From the IMG/VR virus record IMGVR_UViG_3300045988_003125, positions 1-18,147 of that record: a stretch of 18,147 nt of DNA; one strand, 5' to 3'. Position 1 is the first letter of the stretch; the number at the start of each line of letters is the position of its first letter. The notes beneath the pieces are model-generated. The model saw only the letters and a list, made by a program, of their open reading frames with translations, did not search any database and was not told the origin of the DNA. Positions 13,741 through 18,147 of the stretch are shown here, in pieces. Both the position numbers and the translations under genes were made by a program. The DNA is from a virus.

Positions 13741-14955
13741 ATGGTAGACGTACAGGCATGGTTGGAGCGAACCCAGAACCAATATTGGGATATGGACGGG
13801 GCTTACGGTGCCCAATGCTGGGACTTATGGGCAAAGTACTGCATGGACAATTACAATCTGTCGTTAGGTGATTGCATCACCCCGACAGGCTACGCGGACG
13901 GCAATTACACCATGTTCCCCTCCACATCCGCCGTGGGGCGCGTTTTTGAAAAAAAAGACGCAAATTATACGCCCGGCATGGGCGATGTCGTGTTTTGGAG
14001 GTTCGGCAGTCAAAACTACCCCGGCAGTCACGTAGCCATCGTGTGGGGCGGTATCCAAGGCGACGGCATCGACGTGTTGACCCAAAACCCGACGCCCGCC
14101 GTACACCGAACCTTACCGCTTATGAGGGGTTCGCAGCTACTCGGCTATCTGCATCCGGCGGCATTGCCGAAACCGCCGGAATCCGGCGATAATCCGACAG
14201 GCGGCAATAATCCGGGCGCGAACGTGGTCGGCGATATCTCCGCGTGGATTCAATTGCAGGGCGACAATCTCGTATATCATAGCGGCTCAGGCACGACATC
14301 ATCGCAGGCCATTTTCTACAAGGCAAGCGCCCAGACTTGGGTGTATCGCGGCGGCACAGGTCAGCCGGACGCCGACCAAGGTCAGGGCACGCCAAGCGTG
14401 GGCAACGGGAAAAGCTCATACGCGCTCTATGTCATCGGCACCGTCGAATCATCATTACGCTGGGATGCCGTCGAATCAAATAATCAGGGTATCGGCATCG
14501 CACAATGGAGTTTCGGACGCCGTTTGCAGGTCCTGAATGCAATGAGGGCGGTGGACGCTGTAGGATATGAGGCGTTTGCCGCCGCCGCGCCGAGTATCGC
14601 CGCGCTCATGGAATCAGGCGGCACCTTCGATAGAGCGATGACCGGCAGCGAGGTTGCGGCATTCCGGACGTGGGCGCGACGCACGGAATCACGGCAAGGC
14701 CAGCGTAATCAGTTCGCACAGGATTACAAGAGCTACCCGCAGACGTATGATGATGCGAAAATGCAGATACTGTGGACTTGCGCTTATCACCAAAGCCCGG
14801 CAGGCGCGCTGAACGTGCCGCATTCCTCATCACTCACCCAACTGTATAATAATATCCTCAATACATCCCCGTTCGGACCATACGGGACACGCTACAACAC
14901 CGCCTATTCGCTCCTGAATGTATGGGACGGCACCAGCGCGCCGCCGAACTTCTGA
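13741..14955 (+). CDS. Tail-associated peptidoglycan hydrolase: N-terminal CHAP domain plus C-terminal lysozyme/transglycosylase-like domain (404 aa)
   Basis: CHAP signature: GAQCWDLW (Cys) ... GSHVAIV (His). A Pro/Gly/Asn linker follows (PKPPESGDNPTGGNNPG). The C-terminal part has VESSLRW...GIGIAQWS, which resembles the E-S...G-x-x-Q motif of lytic transglycosylases. The position corresponds to phi29 gp13. Confidence 0.8.
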   Translation: MVDVQAWLERTQNQYWDMDGAYGAQCWDLWAKYCMDNYNLSLGDCITPTGYADGNYTMFPSTSAVGRVFEKKDANYTPGMGDVVFWRFGSQNYPGSHVAIVWGGIQGDGIDVLTQNPTPAVHRTLPLMRGSQLLGYLHPAALPKPPESGDNPTGGNNPGANVVGDISAWIQLQGDNLVYHSGSGTTSSQAIFYKASAQTWVYRGGTGQPDADQGQGTPSVGNGKSSYALYVIGTVESSLRWDAVESNNQGIGIAQWSFGRRLQVLNAMRAVDAVGYEAFAAAAPSIAALMESGGTFDRAMTGSEVAAFRTWARRTESRQGQRNQFAQDYKSYPQTYDDAKMQILWTCAYHQSPAGALNVPHSSSLTQLYNNILNTSPFGPYGTRYNTAYSLLNVWDGTSAPPNF

Positions 14956-14961
14956 CACAAC

Positions 14962-14991
14962 GACGGACCGGTAGATATCTACCGGTCCGTC
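14962..14991 (+). terminator. Perfect 30-nt palindrome after the lysin gene
   Basis: GACGGACCGGTAGAT / ATCTACCGGTCCGTC, with no T tract. It could be a terminator or an operator. Confidence 0.5.
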
Positions 14992-15000
14992 ACTATCGTA

Positions 15001-15009
15001 TGATATAAT
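15001..15009 (+). promoter_or_regulatory. Candidate extended -10 promoter (TGATATAAT)
   Basis: A perfect TGnTATAAT with no good -35. It ends 7 nt before ATG 15017. Confidence 0.45.
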
Positions 15010-15016
15010 GGATATT

Positions 15017-16114
15017 ATGGAGAAGCTGCTAGGCGAAGGCGATTATTACGATTACGGGCGCGTGCTATCCTATCATGCGCCTTGGATGTTCGTCATCGGC
15101 GCTCGCGGCCTCGGCAAAACCTACGGTGCCAAAAAACTCGTCATCGGCGACTGGATTAAAAAACGGTGGCAGTTCATCTATCTACGCCGGACGGCGGAGG
15201 AACAGAAAAACAAGGGCACGTGGTTTGCGGACATCGCGGAGCGATACCCGGAATTGGAGTTCCGCGTGTCGGGAAATCAGGCCGAATGTCACTGGCTGGA
15301 TGATAGGGACGCCACCACGGACAAGCACGGCAAGACACGCCCAACATGGCATATCATGGGCTATTTTATTGCCCTCAGTCAGGCCGGACAAGTCAAATCA
15401 GTTGCATACCCCAAGGTGCGAACGATAGTTTTTGACGAGATTTTTCCCGACAACATGCGTTACCTTGGAGGAGAGGTTACGGCGCTTGAGGAATTCTACA
15501 ATACCGTTGACCGGTGGAATGATAGGGTTCGTGTCATCATGTGCAGTAACGCCGTGACCCTCGCTAACCCGTATTTCAGCGCATTCAACATCAATCTTAA
15601 GCCGCAAATGGATAATCACACGCAATACCAACGGTATTGCGATGGCTTTATTGTGGTGGAATTAGCTGATTATGGCGGGTTCAGCGCCAAGGTGGCCACA
15701 TCCAAATTCGGCACGTTCCTACGCAAATATGACGAAAATTATGCGAATTATGCAATCAATAATGATTTTAGGGATAACGCCAATACCCTTATCAGTGATT
15801 TTAACGACGCCGGCTATGCGTTCACATTGAGGACCACTGAATACGGTATTTTCAACGTATATCAACAATTAAGCGACACCGACGAGGTACTATATATCAT
15901 TACCAAAAAACAGCCGAGAATCACTAGGGATTTTACGTTTGATTACCGACTAGTCGATAATGATTGCATCATGCTCAAACGTTCCGATGACATGACGCAG
16001 AAAGTACTGAACGCCTATCGCGTCGGACGGTTACGTTTTGAAACACCGCAAATCAAGGCGGAATTCAGTATGATTCTTGGCGGCTTGCTACAACAATCAG
16101 GTATAAGGAAGTGA
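15017..16114 (+). CDS. DNA packaging (encapsidation) ATPase, phi29 gp16-like
   Basis: Walker A FVIGARGLGKTYG (phi29 has FVIGARGIGKSY), QFIYLRR, Walker B TIVFDEIF, and CSNAVTLANPYF. The start is ambiguous (ATG 15008 or 15017) and neither has a Shine-Dalgarno sequence. Confidence 0.93.
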   Translation: MEKLLGEGDYYDYGRVLSYHAPWMFVIGARGLGKTYGAKKLVIGDWIKKRWQFIYLRRTAEEQKNKGTWFADIAERYPELEFRVSGNQAECHWLDDRDATTDKHGKTRPTWHIMGYFIALSQAGQVKSVAYPKVRTIVFDEIFPDNMRYLGGEVTALEEFYNTVDRWNDRVRVIMCSNAVTLANPYFSAFNINLKPQMDNHTQYQRYCDGFIVVELADYGGFSAKVATSKFGTFLRKYDENYANYAINNDFRDNANTLISDFNDAGYAFTLRTTEYGIFNVYQQLSDTDEVLYIITKKQPRITRDFTFDYRLVDNDCIMLKRSDDMTQKVLNAYRVGRLRFETPQIKAEFSMILGGLLQQSGIRK

Positions 16115-16123
16115 GGAATATTC

Positions 16124-16489
16124 ATGACAACGCATGAACTCATCGTTATCGGCATTGTGTTTCTTTTAGCGGGCATCGACTACGTGACCGGCGTAGTAAA
16201 CGCAATCATGCACGGCGAATTGTCTAGCGAAAGAATGAGGCAAGGGCTTGGGCATAAATTCGCCTACCTTGCGATAATTTGCGTGGCGTTGATCGTGAAA
16301 TACGGTTCGGACTACATCAATCTTGGAATCGAATTACCCGTATTCACGCCAGCATGTGCAGGTATTTGTCTGATTGAAATCACGTCAATCATGGAAAACT
16401 GCATAAAAATCAACCCCGAACTATCCAAATCAAATATTCTCAATATTTTCAAAATCGACAAAAAGGAAAACAATGGCAAAGAAGATTAG
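16124..16489 (+). CDS. Holin (phage_holin_4-like, 121 aa)
   Basis: GAGGA lies 6 nt upstream of the ATG. Three hydrophobic segments are present. The pattern D..TG...A.....S......G...K plus IE..SI.EN is typical of the LL-H/TcdE-type holin family. The C-terminal tail is charged. The gene lies immediately upstream of the endolysin. Confidence 0.8.
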   Translation: MTTHELIVIGIVFLLAGIDYVTGVVNAIMHGELSSERMRQGLGHKFAYLAIICVALIVKYGSDYINLGIELPVFTPACAGICLIEITSIMENCIKINPELSKSNILNIFKIDKKENNGKED

Positions 16490-16498
16490 GGAGTAACC

Positions 16499-17206
16499 AT
16501 GAACGGCACTACATGGATAGGGTCCCCCAATCACTACAACGGGCGCAACGGCTACGCCATAAGCCACATCACCCTACACATCATGGTCGGCACCCTCGCC
16601 GGCACCGACAGCGTTTTTCAACGCGCCGGAGGCGCTTCAGCTCACTACGGCATCGGAGGCAACGGAGAGATACACCAGTATGTGAGCGAGAGCAACGGCA
16701 GTTGGAGCGACGCAAACTATGCGAGCAACAACAGCACCGTAAGCATCGAACACCAAGGCGGCATGACCGGCGTGCCCTGCACGCGCGCGTGCATGGACGC
16801 TTCAGCCCGCCTATGCGCCGATATCGCACGCCGTCAAGGCTGGAGGCGGCTGTGGCATGACGGACTCAACGGCAACGTGTGGCTACACCGCGAGATACCC
16901 GGCACCGACCACTACGGATGCCCCGACAAGGCCGTTAATGGCCTTGACGTCAACTATGTAATCAGCAAAGCAAACCAACTATTACAAAACACTGATGAGG
17001 AGGATATGATGCAGTGTATTATCCAGCCCAATGGAGAAAACCGTTTGGTTTATTTTGACGGCCAGCGTCTCCATACGCTGACCCACCCAGACCAAGTCAA
17101 GGCCCTACAAATGGTTGCCAACCAGTGCGGGCGCACCTTGCCATGCTTCGCTCTGGGAAGCAAGACCGCGCCATGGGCCACCCGACTTGAAGAAGCCTTG
17201 AAGTAA
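16499..17206 (+). CDS. Endolysin: N-acetylmuramoyl-L-alanine amidase (Amidase_2/PGRP type) plus a C-terminal domain of about 65 aa
   Basis: ITLHIM, SAHYGI..GEIHQYV, SIEHQGG and LHREIPGTDHYGCPD match the Zn-amidase_2 pattern (H...H...C). An acidic linker (TDEED) precedes a separate C-terminal domain. Confidence 0.88.
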   Translation: MNGTTWIGSPNHYNGRNGYAISHITLHIMVGTLAGTDSVFQRAGGASAHYGIGGNGEIHQYVSESNGSWSDANYASNNSTVSIEHQGGMTGVPCTRACMDASARLCADIARRQGWRRLWHDGLNGNVWLHREIPGTDHYGCPDKAVNGLDVNYVISKANQLLQNTDEEDMMQCIIQPNGENRLVYFDGQRLHTLTHPDQVKALQMVANQCGRTLPCFALGSKTAPWATRLEEALK

Positions 17207-17221
17207 ACGAAAGAAGGAATT

Positions 17222-17668
17222 ATGACAAACCAGAACACTAATACCGCCGACGTGACCAGCGTCGGCAACACCGCCACCGTGACCAGCGTCGGCAACACCG
17301 CCACCGTGACCAGCGTCGGCAACACCGCCGACGTGACCAGCGTCGGCGGTGTTATCGCCAACAACACGGTAAGCGACCCAACGACGGACACTACGCCGAA
17401 CGTCACAAAACTATCCAACACCGACATGGACAAAGTGCTCAACGCTTGGAGAGCGGACGTAGACAAGGCCAAGCACGCAGACGGCTACACGCCAGTCTTC
17501 AGCGATACCGTGCGCACCATCATCTACATCATCGCTTTGACCGCATCCGTGGCCGGCTTGGGCCTCATGACCTTCGGACATGCCGACATCGGCGGATTCA
17601 TCAGCACTGCTGCCGGCATCATCGCCGGCGGTTTCGGAGTAGCATACAACCCACTACGCCAAAACTGA
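17222..17668 (+). CDS. Membrane protein with an N-terminal 9-aa tandem repeat and two C-terminal TM helices (holin- or antiholin-like candidate)
   Basis: GAAGGA upstream. The repeat TA(D/T)VTSVGN occurs four times. Hydrophobic segments are IIYIIALTASVAGLGLMTF and GGFISTAAGIIAGGFGVAY. It is the last gene of the lysis cluster. Confidence 0.7.
   Translation: MTNQNTNTADVTSVGNTATVTSVGNTATVTSVGNTADVTSVGGVIANNTVSDPTTDTTPNVTKLSNTDMDKVLNAWRADVDKAKHADGYTPVFSDTVRTIIYIIALTASVAGLGLMTFGHADIGGFISTAAGIIAGGFGVAYNPLRQN
17243..17350. repeat. Tandem repeat, 4 x 27 bp, in frame
   Basis: Units 1 and 4 read ACCGCCGACGTGACCAGCGTCGGC(AAC/GGT). Units 2 and 3 read ACCGCCACCGTGACCAGCGTCGGCAAC. Units 1 and 4 contain the internal inverted repeat GCCGACG-N7-CGTCGGC. 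Confidence 0.95.
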
Positions 17669-17691
17669 TTACCACTTGAGACTTGAGACTC

Positions 17692-17728
17692 AAAAGCCCC
17701 CTAGGCATATAACCTAGGGGGCTTTTTT
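17692..17728. terminator. Bidirectional rho-independent terminator between convergent genes
   Basis: AAAAGCCCCCTAGG (17692-705) pairs with CCTAGGGGGCTTTT (17713-26), loop CATATAA. An A run lies on one side and T6 on the other. Confidence 0.9.
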
Positions 17729-17766
17729 CTATATCTTAACTCAAAACTCCTAACCAGACATCAACC

Positions 17767-18009
17767 TCACTCATAAACAGGTTCATCATCAATTACCTCA
17801 ACATCATATATGCAGTTAACACCACCTTTACTGCAACACGTACACGTATAATCACAATCACCATACCTACGTTCAAGAGCCGAGCGAAGAGCCATCTCAG
17901 TATCAATAGCGCCACAAACCATATAAAAAATTGGGTCATCTCCCATATCTATACAAACATCGTACAAATTATCTTCAAGCTCAATAACCAAAGCCTTAAT
18001 TCTAAGCAT
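17767..18009 (-). CDS. Hypothetical right-end early protein, Cys-rich C-terminus (80 aa)
   Basis: Its ribosome-binding site and spacing mirror the left-end gene (AGGAAAGGATAGTGGTTGATATG). The sequence is AT-rich relative to the rest of the genome. A CDYTCTCCSKGGVNC cluster is present. Confidence 0.6.
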   Translation of the reverse strand: MLRIKALVIELEDNLYDVCIDMGDDPIFYMVCGAIDTEMALRSALERRYGDCDYTCTCCSKGGVNCIYDVEVIDDEPVYE

Positions 18010-18028
18010 ATCAACCACTATCCTTTCC

Positions 18029-18147
18029 TTAGCTGATAGTTACATAATAGCACACCACAAACACAACACGCCGAACAACAAAAAACAACGAGAAATCTAC
18101 GCGCTTAAATTATGGACAAAACTACGCGCTTAGATTACGAGACAAAA
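18029..18147. repeat. Right inverted terminal repeat (ITR), 119 bp
   Basis: Exact reverse complement of 1-119. Confidence 0.97.
18044..18052 (-). promoter_or_regulatory. Candidate extended -10 promoter inside the right ITR (mirror copy)
   Basis: Same TGCTATTAT on the - strand because it lies within the ITR. It faces the - strand gene 17767-18009. Confidence 0.5.

Noticed and set aside
17243-17350. CRISPR-like array (also considered for the ITR repeats at 11-55)
   Set aside because: The units are contiguous, with no spacers, and are in frame within a CDS. The ITR repeats have only two copies. No cas genes are present.
1-18147. Spo0A boxes (TGNCGAA), which accompany parS sites in phi29
   Set aside because: There is no exact TGTCGAA. 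The few TGGCGAA / TGCCGAA hits lie inside coding regions at roughly the frequency expected by chance for a motif with 6 defined nucleotides.
1-18147. A lysogeny or plasmid-maintenance module (integrase, repressor, ParA/ParB, telomere resolvase)
   Set aside because: No ORF shows the hallmark motifs. Every sizeable ORF is accounted for by replication, virion or lysis functions, or is a small early protein of unknown function.

Overview
The window appears to be a complete 18,147-bp linear dsDNA genome of a small phi29-like podophage that replicates by protein priming, from a Gram-positive host. Bases 1-119 are the exact reverse complement of 18029-18147, so both natural ends seem to be present.

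Gene order on the + strand:
- four small early ORFs
- an SSB-like ORF
- a basic terminal-protein candidate
- a compact protein-primed family-B DNA polymerase
- an acidic scaffold-like protein
- a major capsid protein with Ig-like (Big_2) domains
- a gp9-like tail knob
- a gp10-like portal
- a gp11-like lower collar
- four appendage / receptor-binding ORFs, three of which share an N-terminal adaptor
- a tail lysin containing a CHAP domain
- a gp16-like packaging ATPase
- a holin
- an Amidase_2 endolysin
- a membrane protein carrying tandem repeats

One AT-rich gene reads inward from the right end on the - strand.

The strongest non-obvious signal is four copies of the canonical chromosomal parS palindrome, the ParB/Spo0J binding site. 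One is a perfect 16/16 match. No phage par genes are recognisable, which suggests the phage hijacks the host ParB system.

Other points worth a second look:
- a relic duplicate of the capsid C-terminus
- apparently non-canonical exonuclease motifs in the polymerase
- a structured 190-nt non-coding spacer
- mirrored expression signals in and just beyond the ITRs
- promoter geometry that fits leaderless mRNAs
- an internal ribosome-binding site and start inside the endolysin gene
- a 4 x 27-bp in-frame tandem repeat

No tRNA, rRNA, CRISPR array, integrase or repressor was recognised. All homology statements rest on reading the translations and on recalled phi29 motifs. No database search was run.
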